Assembly (NCBI GenBank): GCA_965226795.1
Contig: CBDDDZ010000003.1
Location: forward strand, 256,001 to 320,000
Origin: Candidatus Latescibacterota bacterium
Lineage (GTDB): Bacteria > Latescibacterota > UBA2968 > GCA-2709665
Reading direction: 5' to 3'
Length of the DNA stretch: 64,000 nucleotides
Numbering within the stretch: the stretch's first letter is position 1; each line of letters starts with the position of its first letter. The position numbers were made by a program, and so were the translations under genes. Below, piece after piece: positions 1-9,890 of the stretch. The notes beneath the pieces were generated by a model. It was not told where the DNA came from, ran no database searches, and worked only from the letters and a program-made list of their open reading frames with translations.

Positions 1-264
1 GATGATTAGCGCGTTTCGTGCGCTTTGCCGGTCCATGGGCGTACCCAGGGACATATACAGCTTCGCAATTTCATAGCGCGTGGGCGCGAATTTCCAGTCC
101 AGCTTCAAGACCTCCTCAAAAGCCTTGATACTAATCTCCGCAGGTACGTGTCCGACCTGTGCCGACGCCTTGCGAAAAAGCGAATCCATTCGGGCATGCT
201 CTGTCGCGGCGAGTACCTTGCCTGCCGCCAGCAGCACTATCATAAGGACCACGATATGTTTCAC
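1..264 (-). CDS. N-terminus of a secreted TPR-like protein (runs off window start)
   Basis: Not in the ORF track. Manual translation from GTG at 264 gives MKHIVVLMIVLLAAGKVLAATEHARMDSLFRKA...KAFEEVLKLDWKFAPTRYEIAKLYMSLG: a signal peptide followed by a TPR-like helix pair, open to base 1. Confidence 0.7.
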   Translation of the reverse strand, partial: MKHIVVLMIVLLAAGKVLAATEHARMDSLFRKASAQVGHVPAEISIKAFEEVLKLDWKFAPTRYEIAKLYMSLGTPMDRQSARNALII

Positions 265-1219
265 AGCCTTGACCTTCTGGTAATATGTCGAGGAACTCAA
301 AGCGCCCGTTTGTGAAACCATCAATCGCATTGAAACGAACAAGCGGTGTATGCCTGCGCCCACAGTCTCCGTCATTTCACCACGAACCCCGCATCCGGAA
401 GCACCTCTGACCACAGTTTATATCAATAACCGCTACCTGCAGCACCTGCCGTCAGTCGTTTTGCTGTCCCAGTTGTAGCGCCTCGTACCCACTTCAGCCG
501 GTTCCGTCCCCATCTGCACGTATGCCCCTCAACCCGTGAGACATCCCAGGCGGACCATCCCCTGGCCGAACTTTCGCTCAAAGAGAAAAAATTGCGATCG
601 CAATAACCATAGGGTGCTTTAGCCAATTCATAACGAACGCTTCCTGGATGAATCGCAAAATCAGCCTCTGCGTTCGCCTATCCTGTGCGCGAAACAACAC
701 CTCTTGCACGCATTTCGGAACAGAAGGCATCTCCGATTCACCATTGCTCCGAAACCGGATACCTGCATTCGTCTCTGCCGGTACAAAAGACACAGGCCAC
801 GCCGGGCGGGTTCAATAAATCTGAAATGCGACTACGGATATATAAGAAAAAGGAGGTTATTTTGCGTAATGCGGCACAAATGACCTGCCAGCGTACGATT
901 CTACTTCGGATTCAAATTGGATAGGAAAGCGTATCGGTAGGTGGATCCGATAGTCCTGCGGAAGGCGGCCAACGTGGCAATATCTTGGCGCCACATCAGG
1001 CAGGGACGGAAGCGGATTCCGACCAGCGAGCACTGTGGTGGCGGATGACTGGCGGGAGCAATTGACGAATGGCAGTGGACCTGCCCAAGCCCCCCGCGAC
1101 TGTTAGCGAAGGTGCCTCAACAGGATTTGTGGAATGGGACTGCCGGGCGCAAGAGAAGAGAGAAGCGGCGGGGCAAAATCGAAGGAATTGCCAAGCGAGG
1201 GAATAATCTATGTTTTAAT

Positions 1220-1579
1220 TGGTGGAGGCGGCGGGAATCGAACCCGCGTCCGGAAGCAAATCAACGACAGCCTCTACGTGTGTAGTTTACCCTTTGAATC
1301 TCACGCGCAGGCGCCCCGGTAAACGGGGTTGCCAGCGCGCCAGCTCGATTAAATCTCGCTCTCGCACCCTCAAGCGGAGGTCCGGGAGCCAGCCTGCATA
1401 AGTCGGCGCCCCGCGCGGGCCCTGAAGGCGAGGCCCGTCGGAACGGGCTGCGTTTTAGTTACGCAGCCATTGCGTACGTATTGTCCGCAATTATATGGGT
1501 TTCCCACAGTTTAACGAGGTTATGGGACCTCGACACGCAGCCATCGCCTCTCCACCCCCGTCGAATCCAGGTCGCCCCC
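1220..1579 (-). ncRNA. ssrA: tmRNA
   Basis: 5' GGGGGCGAC end. The 3' tRNA-Ala-like end has a T-arm GGTTCGATTCC and finishes TCCACCA. Length 360 nt. Internal tag frame 1488-1459 encodes ADNTYAMAA*. Confidence 0.97.
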
Positions 1580-1627
1580 ACACAGTAGTGTTCTGTCCCG
1601 GGCAGCCTGGTCGCCCGAACCGCTCGA

Positions 1628-1656
1628 AATATAGCCCGTTAGCCTGGCGCTGTCAA
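1628..1656 (-). promoter_or_regulatory. sigma70-type promoter of ssrA
   Basis: TTGACA-N17-TATATT about 50 nt upstream of the tmRNA 5' end. Confidence 0.7.
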
Positions 1657-2076
1657 GCAGGTCCGTGCTTTCGGACCCTATAACGGGGGCAGGTCGGTCG
1701 GATATCAACTGAGAGGCCTGATGCCGTGGCGGTCACTGCGCGTGCTCGGGCACAGGGTTCCGCCGCTTCGGCCCGGCCCGTCATCAGAACAATGCCCGCG
1801 CCGAAGAGCATAGAGAAAATCGTCATGAACTTCTGGTCGGCGAGCATCCGGCCCGCGACCCAGACGTAGAGGTTCGCGCCGGTGAAGTCGCCGTAGGCAG
1901 TTGGGTTGAAGTACGCTGCCTGGGGCATGGAGAACGCCTGGATGTTCATTACGAGGATGCCGAGCAGGGCAACTCCACGCAGGACGTCGATCGAGTGGAT
2001 ACGCACGGTCCCGGGGGACGGACGCGGCGCCAGAACCCTCGGCGGGATTAATCATCGTGGCGTCTCCGGCCATCAT
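1653..2076 (-). pseudogene. DUF418/YeiB-family membrane protein, frameshifted and truncated
   Basis: RIHSIDVLRGVALLGILVMNI...ADQKFMTIFSMLFGAG is the DUF418 N-terminus. The ATG coupled to the upstream stop (2076) is out of frame by one base at the homopolymer run 2013-2017. Similarity ends after about 100 aa, whereas the family is roughly 400 aa. Confidence 0.8.
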
Positions 2077-2699
2077 CCCCTGGCCTCGTCCGGCGCGTCT
2101 ACCGGTAGAAAAGGCGACTCCGCCAGCCACCAGTTCACGGGCAGCGGCCAACCCAGCGCCCGGTACACCGTTTCGCAGACCCTTTGATTACGCTCGGTCA
2201 TGACGGGAAGGAATCCCAGGCTGAGATACGTCTTGATAGCCGCAAGCTGGAGGTTCTCCGCCGTCACCCGGAGCGTGGTCAACGTCGAGTTGAGATAACC
2301 GCGCCGGCGTTGAGACTGAAGCACCGCCGCGCACACGCGTAATCCGAGTCCGGCGCCACGGTGCCCGGGACGAACGCACACATAGTCGAGCTGTCCCCAG
2401 GCCGGATCCACTTCCTCACGCCGCGTGGCGAAGCACAGCGCCGTCAGTTGGCCATCAGTCTCGACCACGCGCGACCCGACCCACCTGTCCGGCGCATCCA
2501 GGTATTCCGTCATCCCGGTCGCGTCAAAAGGGGTCCACCCCACGCCGGCGGATACCATCAGTTCGGGCAGATGAACCTCGTCGCCCGGTCTCAGCTTCCG
2601 CAAATGGTAACCGTGAGGGTACGATCGGTCGGGCAATCTGCCGATTGCCTCGGCGGAGATATTCATGCGTATCTGAAGGCTATAATCCATAGCACCCAT
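2073..2699 (-). CDS. GNAT-family N-acetyltransferase
   Basis: Acetyl-CoA motif A VCVRPGHRGAGLG and the C-terminal AIKTYLSLGF motif. Confidence 0.85.
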   Translation of the reverse strand: MGAMDYSLQIRMNISAEAIGRLPDRSYPHGYHLRKLRPGDEVHLPELMVSAGVGWTPFDATGMTEYLDAPDRWVGSRVVETDGQLTALCFATRREEVDPAWGQLDYVCVRPGHRGAGLGLRVCAAVLQSQRRRGYLNSTLTTLRVTAENLQLAAIKTYLSLGFLPVMTERNQRVCETVYRALGWPLPVNWWLAESPFLPVDAPDEARG

Positions 2700-2913
2700 C
2701 CGGAAAGACCACCCCTTAAATCGGTGAGAGGGGAGACGTTAGACGACCCCGCGGCTCCCACCTTTGGTTTTCGCCATTTCTCATGTCTCACGGCTTACTT
2801 CTTACTGCTTTTGATGCGGGGAGAGGTGAGACGGTAGACGGGAGAGGGCCCCGTCACAACCTACCGGACATCGATACGGCTTGGCGATATTAGGTCGCGG
2901 TCGCCTGCATTTC

Positions 2914-2937
2914 GTAGGGGCGGTTCGTGAACCGCCC
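2914..2937 (+). repeat. GTAG-type REP palindrome
   Basis: GTAG-GGGCGGTTC-GT-GAACCGCCC; near-identical copies at 9447 and 38583. Confidence 0.8.
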
Positions 2938-3035
2938 GTCCGGCGCGCGGGGTGAAACAGCGTTTAACCTTCAGGGTACAGCAGTCAGCCAAAAAATCAA
3001 TAGGGAAAAACCAAATTCAACATCTCCCCAAATTC

Positions 3036-3255
3036 CCTGCCTCCGGCGGGTTCCTTTTGAAGCGACCAAAAGGAACCAAAAGTCGCCGCTAGGCGCGGGG
3101 CCGTTCATATACATTGCGCGAATTACGTCACGGGACCCACCGGATCCGCTGCCCTGCCAACCCCGGTGGATACCGTAATTTGGTGCAGGACGGAACAACG
3201 CGCCCTGTTCTGGTAGTGCTCCGGATAGCCATCGCGTTAGACAAGCGCGTGGCTA
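3036..3255 (-). repeat. Structured intergenic repeat, divergent copy A' (minus strand)
   Basis: Reverse complement reads GGCCCCGCGCCTAGCGGCGACTTTTGGTTCCTTTTGGTCGCTTCAAAAGGAACC, the same core layout as the plus-strand copies. Confidence 0.7.
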
Positions 3256-3430
3256 CCTGGTTGCGAGCAGTAATTGGCTATCAGCAGATTGCGGTCAGCC
3301 TACACCGGTAAACGACACGGAGACACGATGTCAATCAACGAAATTTAAATTTTCATTTGCTCGGGCAACCACAAGGGTTGCCCCCATAAACCAAACGGGA
3401 CACGAGTGGATTCGCGGCTTTTCGCATTGG

Positions 3431-3662
3431 CCTCTCACCCGACCGGTTGTGGCGTGGGGGGTTTTTCCGTGTCATTCCGTACATCTCCGTAGGCCGGGAG
3501 TTCCGAGAGGGCTTGTAGGCCACCCAATCCCATTTTGCGCCCATGAGACGATTCACGGAAAAACCGGCCCCGCGCCGAGCGGCCTGCCTGCGCCGAGCCG
3601 TGCTCGGCAGGCAGGCGCGGTTCTTTTTGGTCCTTTTTCTTACGCGAATAAGAAAAAGGACG
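3431..3662 (+). repeat. Structured intergenic repeat, copy A
   Basis: GTTTTTCCGTG...CACGGAAAAAC stem, nested 33-nt palindrome (3583-3615), and TTCTTTTTGGTCCTTTTTCTT-loop-AAGAAAAAGGAC core. Confidence 0.9.
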
Positions 3663-3798
3663 AAGAAGAAGAAAAGTTGGTTTGAGAAGTATAGCCTGTG
3701 ACCGCTCGGTACGCAGTTCCATGCAAGAATCGACCGCTAACGGCTGGATCTCGGGGTGGCCTTCTCACGTCTTCCCTTTTCCGGCTTCTTTCCGACAG

Positions 3799-3827
3799 TT
3801 GACGGGTTTCGTGGATTCGATTAAATT
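3799..3827 (+). promoter_or_regulatory. candidate sigma70 promoter of ilvD
   Basis: TTGACG-N17-TAAATT. Confidence 0.5.
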
Positions 3828-3913
3828 AAAGTAACGCGTACCGCGTGCAAAATGGAAACGACCGGGCACGAACTCACGACGAATACAGGGCAACAATCGA
3901 AAAAGGGGAATAT

Positions 3914-5587
3914 ATGGCGCTGAATAAGTACAGCTCCCGGATAACGCAGGTGAAGTCCCAGGGGGCTTCACAGGCGATGTTGTACGGAACCGGAATGACC
4001 GAAGCGGATATGGACAAGGCGCAGGTTGGCATCGCCAGCATGTGGTACGAGGGCAATACCTGCAATATGCACCTGCTGGACCTTTCGGCAAAGGTGAAGC
4101 AGGGCGTGAATGCGGCCGGTCTGCTGGGAATGCGTTTCAACACTATTGGCGTGAGCGACGGGATTTCAATGGGAACGGAAGGCATGAGTTTTTCGCTTCA
4201 GTCGCGGGACCTCATCGCGGATTCAATCGAGACGGTGATGGGCGCCCAGTGGTACGACGCCAACATATCCCTCCCGGGCTGCGATAAGAACATGCCCGGC
4301 TGTGTGATGGCCATGGGGCGGTTGAACCGGCCGTCTCTGATGGTTTACGGAGGTACCATCAAGCCGGGTTTCCGTGACCACAAAAAGCTCGACATCGTGT
4401 CCGCCTTCCAGAGTTACGGTGAGTACCTGGCGGGCGAATTGGACGACGAGGCGAGGAAGGGCGTGGTGCAGCACGCCTGTCCGGGGGCCGGAGCGTGCGG
4501 CGGGATGTACACCGCGAATACGATGGCGTCCGCCATTGAGGCCTTGGGCATGTCGCTGCCCTATAGCTCTTCGACGCCCGCAGTAGACAAGGGTAAGCTG
4601 GAGGAGTGCTTCCAGTCCGGCGCGGCCATCCGGAACTTGCTCGAGCAGGATATCAAACCCCGGGACATTATGACCCGCGAGGCGTTCGAGAACGCGATAG
4701 TTGTGGTGATGGCCCTCGGCGGGTCGACCAACGCGGTGCTGCACATGATCGCAATCGCGAAGTCGGTGGGCGTGTCGCTGACGATTGACGATTTTCAGTC
4801 GGTGAGCGACCGGGTGCCATTGTTGGCGGACTTCAAGCCCAGCGGGCTGTATGTCATGGAAGATCTGCACACCGTGGGCGGAACGCCCGGCGTGATGAAG
4901 GTTCTGCTGGAGAACGGCCTGCTGAATGGAGACTGTCTGACGGTAACGGGCAGGACGATTGCGGAGAACCTCGCGGAGTTGCCCGGACTGGACGAGGGAC
5001 AGCAGGTGGTTCGGCCGATGGACCGGCCGATCAAAGCCACGGGGCATCTGCGGATTCTACGGGGCAACTTGGCGCCCGAGGGCGCGGTGGCCAAAATTAC
5101 GGGCAAAGAAGGAGTGCGGTTCGCCGGGCCCGCGATGGTGTTCGACCGGGAGGAGGATCTCCTCGGAGCGGTGGAACGAAACGAGATGAAGAAGGGATGT
5201 GTAGTCGTAATCCGTTACGAGGGACCCACGGGTGGACCGGGCATGCCGGAGATGCTCACGCCCACGTCGGTGATAATGGGCGCGGGCCTGGGCAATGACG
5301 TGGCGCTGATTACGGACGGACGTTTTTCGGGCGGTTCGCACGGTTTCGTCGTGGGGCATATTACGCCCGAAGCCCAGGAGGGTGGAGCGATCGCCCTGAT
5401 CGAAAATGGGGACGTGATTACAATTGACGCGGAAACCAACGAGATCAACGTGAACCTGAGCGACGAGGAACTGGCGAAACGACGTGCGGCCTGGGTGGCC
5501 CCGCCATACAAAGCCACCCAGGGGACGCTTTACAAATATATCAAGACCGTGACCACGGCTTCCGAGGGTTGCGTGACGGACGAGTGA
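3914..5587 (+). CDS. ilvD: Dihydroxy-acid dehydratase
   Basis: [41 protein letters not shown] and TDGRFSG motifs. ATG at 3914 follows AAGGGG. Confidence 0.97.
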   Translation: MALNKYSSRITQVKSQGASQAMLYGTGMTEADMDKAQVGIASMWYEGNTCNMHLLDLSAKVKQGVNAAGLLGMRFNTIGVSDGISMGTEGMSFSLQSRDLIADSIETVMGAQWYDANISLPGCDKNMPGCVMAMGRLNRPSLMVYGGTIKPGFRDHKKLDIVSAFQSYGEYLAGELDDEARKGVVQHACPGAGACGGMYTANTMASAIEALGMSLPYSSSTPAVDKGKLEECFQSGAAIRNLLEQDIKPRDIMTREAFENAIVVVMALGGSTNAVLHMIAIAKSVGVSLTIDDFQSVSDRVPLLADFKPSGLYVMEDLHTVGGTPGVMKVLLENGLLNGDCLTVTGRTIAENLAELPGLDEGQQVVRPMDRPIKATGHLRILRGNLAPEGAVAKITGKEGVRFAGPAMVFDREEDLLGAVERNEMKKGCVVVIRYEGPTGGPGMPEMLTPTSVIMGAGLGNDVALITDGRFSGGSHGFVVGHITPEAQEGGAIALIENGDVITIDAETNEINVNLSDEELAKRRAAWVAPPYKATQGTLYKYIKTVTTASEGCVTDE

Positions 5588-5639
5588 ACGAAGGTCCGGT
5601 CGTCATTACATCAGCCGGGGGAGCGATGTGGTCACGAAA

Positions 5640-5700
5640 CCCTGCGCTTAGCCGCTCGCTGAGCTTGCGGTCCCTGAGCCTGTCGAAGGGTCGGCGAAGT
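5640..5700 (+). repeat. CTGAGCCTGTCGAAG-type small repeat cluster
   Basis: CCCTGAGCCTGTCGAAGGG at 5672-5690; related copies at 15902, about 15950 (minus), 58001 (minus) and 63451. Confidence 0.7.
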
Positions 5701-5899
5701 GTAACGAAGGATGTGGATTCTAAGTCCGCAATGTCTGGAATATGAGAGTGATCTACCTCGCATGGCAGATTCCGCAGACACCGTCTGCAGAATTATTGCC
5801 GGCTGGTATTACGCGCCTGTCAGAAGGTAAAGAACCCGGGACAGAGAACGAAGGGATGAACGAAAAGACCGTGTAGCGACGAGAGGAAAACCATCAAAC

Positions 5900-6292
5900 A
5901 TGAGCTTGACACCCGAGCCTTCAGCCGTCCACGAAACCGGGGCAACGCCACCTTTTGATTGGGAAACCTTTTGCCGGTACGTGAGGAATAGGGGAAGGAT
6001 AGTATACAACGTGTCGTGGAGACACAGGTGTGAGTTGGAGTTGAAGCTGCCCTTGAGTTTTCTTATTGTGAACCTGATTGTTCGCAAGCTTGAACTGATC
6101 GTGCTGGCGGTGACCGTCTACCTGACTTTCACTGGTGTGTGGCTATACAGCATTGTTGGCTTCCTTATCTGGTACATATTCCTTTTCCCATTGAAGAGAA
6201 AAAGCGTAGCTGCTTCTATTACGCTCCACGCTGCGGAAGATCGTGAATACTTCGATCTGGCCAGTGAGCTTGGGACCCTTCGGTTGGAATAA
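5900..6292 (+). CDS. Hypothetical membrane protein
   Basis: 130-aa ORF with hydrophobic segments; visibly lower GC than its neighbours. Confidence 0.6.
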   Translation: MSLTPEPSAVHETGATPPFDWETFCRYVRNRGRIVYNVSWRHRCELELKLPLSFLIVNLIVRKLELIVLAVTVYLTFTGVWLYSIVGFLIWYIFLFPLKRKSVAASITLHAAEDREYFDLASELGTLRLE

Positions 6293-6480
6293 CGAATAAT
6301 AACCTTAATTCGCCTTAAACCTGATGCAAGCATGTCGGGGGCATGATGCCCGTCTTCCCTGCATAAGTCGCGCCGAGCGGCGCGGTTCACAAAAAGCAAC
6401 CAGCGAACAGTTGTCAGCAGTCAGCCAAGAGCAAGAACAAACACCGAAAATCAATCCTGACACGTGAGACAGCGCAAAGC

Positions 6481-6668
6481 CGACGGAGAGTGGAAGGGGC
6501 TTTTCCGCGCTGATCCGTCCAGCCACGCGGCCCTACTTGGCCAGATTAGTCAGCAGGGCGCCATTCGTCGTATTTCCCCTGGGGCGATTCGCGGAAAAGC
6601 AGCCCCGCGGCGTCTGAGCGGCGCCCTTCTTTTTCGCCCTTTTTCTTTGGCGATGCAAGAAAAAGGGC
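6481..6668 (+). repeat. Structured intergenic repeat, copy B
   Basis: GGGGCTTTTCCGCG...CGCGGAAAAGCAGCCCC stem plus core; no nested insert. Confidence 0.85.
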
Positions 6669-6947
6669 AAGGGAATAAGGGACGTTAGCGGGAGGGGAGA
6701 TTCTATGTGACCCCTTTTTCCTGCCGGCCGGCCGGAACGCAGATCCAAAAAGCCATAAGACGTATGGCGGTCGAAGTGAGAGGATCAATCCGCAACCCTC
6801 CGGTTTCGCGCTCGCTTTGGTAACCCAAGTCTCTATTCGTACAACGACACCCCGGATGCCGGGGTGACATCCAACAAGGTAACATACACCTCTTGCGTCT
6901 TTCCTCTAGCCTCTCACGGCTTTTAGCGATCATTGCGATCGCTTTTT

Positions 6948-8438
6948 CTATTCTGGATTCCCGTGCCGCCGGGCGGTTTGAATGGCGCGACGCCAACGTT
7001 TGAGCAGAGCGTCGCGCTTTTTTTCGGACATGGAGGGTTCGAACGTGCGTTCGGGAGGGTTCAGATCCGAGAGCGCGCCGGGCCCCGTCCAGAAGCCGGT
7101 CGCAAGGCCGGCGAGCATGGCGGCGCCCACGCCTGTGGTCTCCGTGTGGCGGGGACGGATAACCGGTGTACTTAGAATATCGGCCTGGAATTGCATCAGG
7201 AAATCGTTGGCGGAGGCGCCGCCGTCTACGCGCATACCGGCAAGCTGACGCCCTGTGTCCGCGGCCATGGCGTCCACGAGGGCGGCGCTCTGGTAGGCGA
7301 TGGATTCCAGGGCGGCGCGCGCGAGGTGAGCGCGTCCGGTGCCCCTGTTGAGGCCAACGATCGTCCCCCGGGCATCCGTATCCCAGTAGGGCGCGCCGAG
7401 GCCCGTGAAGGCGGGTACCAGGTAGACGCCGCCATTGTCCGGGACGGATCGCGCGAGGGCTTCCGTTTCGGCCGCACGCGCGATCAGACCGAGGCCGTCG
7501 CGTAACCACTGAACGGCCGAGCCGGCGCTGAAAACGGAGCCTTCCAGGGCGAAGGCCGGACCGCCGCGGCTATCGCATGCGAGCGTGGTGAGCAGGCCGT
7601 TCCTCGATGGGACGGCATTGAGGCCTGTGTGGAACAGGACGAAGCAGCCCGTGCCGTAGGTGTTCTTGACGTCGCCCTCGGATACGCCGCGCTGCCCGAA
7701 GAGCGCGGCCTGCTGGTCTCCCGCGATGCCGGCAATGGGGATGCCATCCGGCAGCGGACCAGCGCCCGCGGTACTGCCGAACACATGAGCGGAGGGGTGA
7801 ACCTCCGGGAGGATGGCCCGCGGAATGTTGAACGCGTCCAGCAGCTCCGCGTCCCATTCCCGTGTGTGGATATTGAAACACATGGTGCGGGAGGCGTTGG
7901 TAAGGTCCGTCGCGTGAACCTTTCCGTTGGTGAGACGGTGGAGGAGATAGGTGTCGATGGTGCCGAAGCAGATGTCGCCCGCTTCCGCCCGGCGACGGAG
8001 TCCGGGTACGTTTTCCAGGAGCCAGACGATTTTGGTGGCGGAAAAGTAGGGGTCTATGACAAGGCCTGTCTTTTCGCGAACCATTTCTTCAAGACCCCGC
8101 TCCCGGTAGCGTCGGCAGATGTCGGCCGTTCGGCGGCACTGCCACACAATGGCGTCGTGGACGGGTTCGCCCGTGCGCCGATCCCACAGGACGGTGGTTT
8201 CTCGCTGGTTGGTGATCCCGATACCCTCAAGGTCGGTCGGGCGCACGCCTGCATCTCGGATCGCATCGGCGATCACGGCGCCGGTAGAACGCCAGATCTC
8301 CTCCGCGTTGTGAGAAACCCACCCGGGTTCCGGGTAGATCTGGCTGAATTCCGCATAGGCGCGGCCGGCAATGTCACCTGAACGGTTGATGACGAGCACC
8401 GTCGTGCCCGTGGTGCCCTGGTCAATGGAAAGGATCAT
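6948..8438 (-). CDS. glpK: Glycerol kinase
   Basis: IDQGTTG, GITNQRETT, VWQCRRT, DPYFSATK, GDQQAALFGQ, KNTYGTGCF and VDGGA motifs. Confidence 0.97.
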   Translation of the reverse strand: MILSIDQGTTGTTVLVINRSGDIAGRAYAEFSQIYPEPGWVSHNAEEIWRSTGAVIADAIRDAGVRPTDLEGIGITNQRETTVLWDRRTGEPVHDAIVWQCRRTADICRRYRERGLEEMVREKTGLVIDPYFSATKIVWLLENVPGLRRRAEAGDICFGTIDTYLLHRLTNGKVHATDLTNASRTMCFNIHTREWDAELLDAFNIPRAILPEVHPSAHVFGSTAGAGPLPDGIPIAGIAGDQQAALFGQRGVSEGDVKNTYGTGCFVLFHTGLNAVPSRNGLLTTLACDSRGGPAFALEGSVFSAGSAVQWLRDGLGLIARAAETEALARSVPDNGGVYLVPAFTGLGAPYWDTDARGTIVGLNRGTGRAHLARAALESIAYQSAALVDAMAADTGRQLAGMRVDGGASANDFLMQFQADILSTPVIRPRHTETTGVGAAMLAGLATGFWTGPGALSDLNPPERTFEPSMSEKKRDALLKRWRRAIQTARRHGNPE

Positions 8439-8502
8439 TCAGACGCCCTCTGCGCTGTCTCGGTTTGAGATCGGGAGGAGTCGTTGGCGCGTCGCTGTTT
8501 CC

Positions 8503-9345
8503 TTACTCGGTTTCTTCCAGACCAGTCACCGGCTCGGGTGAACCGCGCTTTTCCCATTTCTTGAGCCGGATTTTTCCGTTTTCCAATACCGCATAAGTGC
8601 ATTGCTGAATCCAGTCGCCCAGGACCACAAGTTCCCCGCCGCGTTCGGCGGGACGATCGGTTGGATTTCCGAGACACACCTTCGGACCTGACTGATCGCC
8701 GTCTGAACCGCCCACGCGAGCGTGAAGAAAAAAGTGATAGTGGCCGTGGATCACGATGTCGATGCCTTCTGCGATTTTTTCACCTGCGGCCTTGTAGAGA
8801 ATATCCCGGTTACCGAAACCCCGTCTCCGGATGCGGAACTCGGAAAGGCGGGAGGTGGACCTGGCGAGGATCGCCCCCAGGTCCGGGTGAAGCAAGCGAA
8901 ACAGCCCCACGCAGAACCGGTTTTTCAGGACCCCGCGGCTGAGGCGGAATCGCCAATCGGTCCGGATTTCGTCTCCGTGGGCAATGTGGATTTTGAGGCC
9001 CTGATGGGTGACCGTGATCGGACCGCCCGGGAGTTCAACGCCAAGCTGCCCGGAGAAGTATTCGCCCGGCCAGAGGTCGTGATTACCCGGCAGGTAAATC
9101 ACGCGCACACCTGCCTCGACCAGGTTGTAGAGTTCGAATAGGACCCGGGCGCCGCTCGAAGGGATCGTCGTGCGGTATTCGAACCAGAAATCGAAGAGGT
9201 CGCCGACGATATAGAGCGCCCGTGCGTCGTGGCGGATGGACCTCAGGAAGTCGATCAGGACGTCTTCCCGCTCGCGGGTGCTGTGTCCAGTACCCGGCGC
9301 CCCGATGTGGACGTCGGATATGAAATAAATCCGGTTCAAGTACAT
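8503..9345 (-). CDS. lpxH: UDP-2,3-diacylglucosamine diphosphatase (LpxH-like), with an internal insertion of about 24 aa
   Basis: ISDVHIG, GDLFDFW, GNHD, HGD, GHYH and VLGDW metallophosphoesterase motifs. Confidence 0.85.
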   Translation of the reverse strand: MYLNRIYFISDVHIGAPGTGHSTREREDVLIDFLRSIRHDARALYIVGDLFDFWFEYRTTIPSSGARVLFELYNLVEAGVRVIYLPGNHDLWPGEYFSGQLGVELPGGPITVTHQGLKIHIAHGDEIRTDWRFRLSRGVLKNRFCVGLFRLLHPDLGAILARSTSRLSEFRIRRRGFGNRDILYKAAGEKIAEGIDIVIHGHYHFFLHARVGGSDGDQSGPKVCLGNPTDRPAERGGELVVLGDWIQQCTYAVLENGKIRLKKWEKRGSPEPVTGLEETE

Positions 9346-9446
9346 CACCAATGTCAGGAAAAACAGCTATCAGCAATCAGCTTGAACCGTTTCACGATAA
9401 GGCCTGGCGAAATCAATTGACACATGTCCTCACCGACATTGCGTTC

Positions 9447-9470
9447 GTTGGGGCGGTTCGCGAACCGCCC
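9447..9470 (+). repeat. REP palindrome (GTTG variant)
   Basis: GTTG-GGGCGGTTC-GC-GAACCGCCC. Confidence 0.7.
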
Positions 9471-9493
9471 GCCTTGTGGCCCTTCAAGATCTA

Positions 9494-9762
9494 TCTCTCA
9501 GCCACCCGGTGGTGGCGTTGGGGGCTTTTCCGCGCCAATCCGTTCAGCAACACGGTTTACGGATCACCTGCGATCTACGCAGGCCTCCAACCCTTGTAGG
9601 CGCCCCTGAGGCGATTTTCGGAAAAGCAGCCCCGCGGCGTTTGAGCGGCGCCGTTCTTTTTGGCCCTTTTTCTTTGGCGAGAAAGAAAAAGGGCGTAAAA
9701 ATAAAAAAAATAACAATTTAAGAGAAATATATGGACGAGGTTATAGCAAACCCATCATTCAC
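9494..9762 (+). repeat. Structured intergenic repeat, copy C, with 3' extension
   Basis: Core at 9613-9695, an A-rich tail, then about 50 nt (9712-9762) shared with copy E (20244-20295). Confidence 0.9.
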
Positions 9763-9802
9763 GTTTCCCCAAATACCCTTCCTCTTGCGAGCCTAGGCAC
9801 AC

Positions 9803-9826
9803 GGGCGACCCGTGGGTCGCCCCTAC
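9803..9826 (-). repeat. GTAG-type REP palindrome
   Basis: Reverse complement GTAGGGGCGACCCACGGGTCGCCC is identical to 38534-38557. Confidence 0.85.
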
Positions 9827-9890
9827 AAAAATCAGACATCCGTGCATTCACATCGCCATGCCTTATCGCCAACTGCTGTTGGCTGACCGC

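Noticed and set aside
945..1219. Integrase remnant next to the tmRNA 3' end
   Set aside because: No recognisable tyrosine or serine recombinase motifs in the frames examined.
3616..3662. Repeat core as an ordinary intrinsic terminator
   Set aside because: The stem is A/T-rich, there is no U-tract after it on the plus strand, orientation is independent of flanking genes, and loop covariation is not explained by termination.
8643..8708. lpxH hairpin as an integron attC site
   Set aside because: The arms run GTT...AAC rather than RYYYAAC...GTTRRRY, and the hairpin lies inside a CDS.
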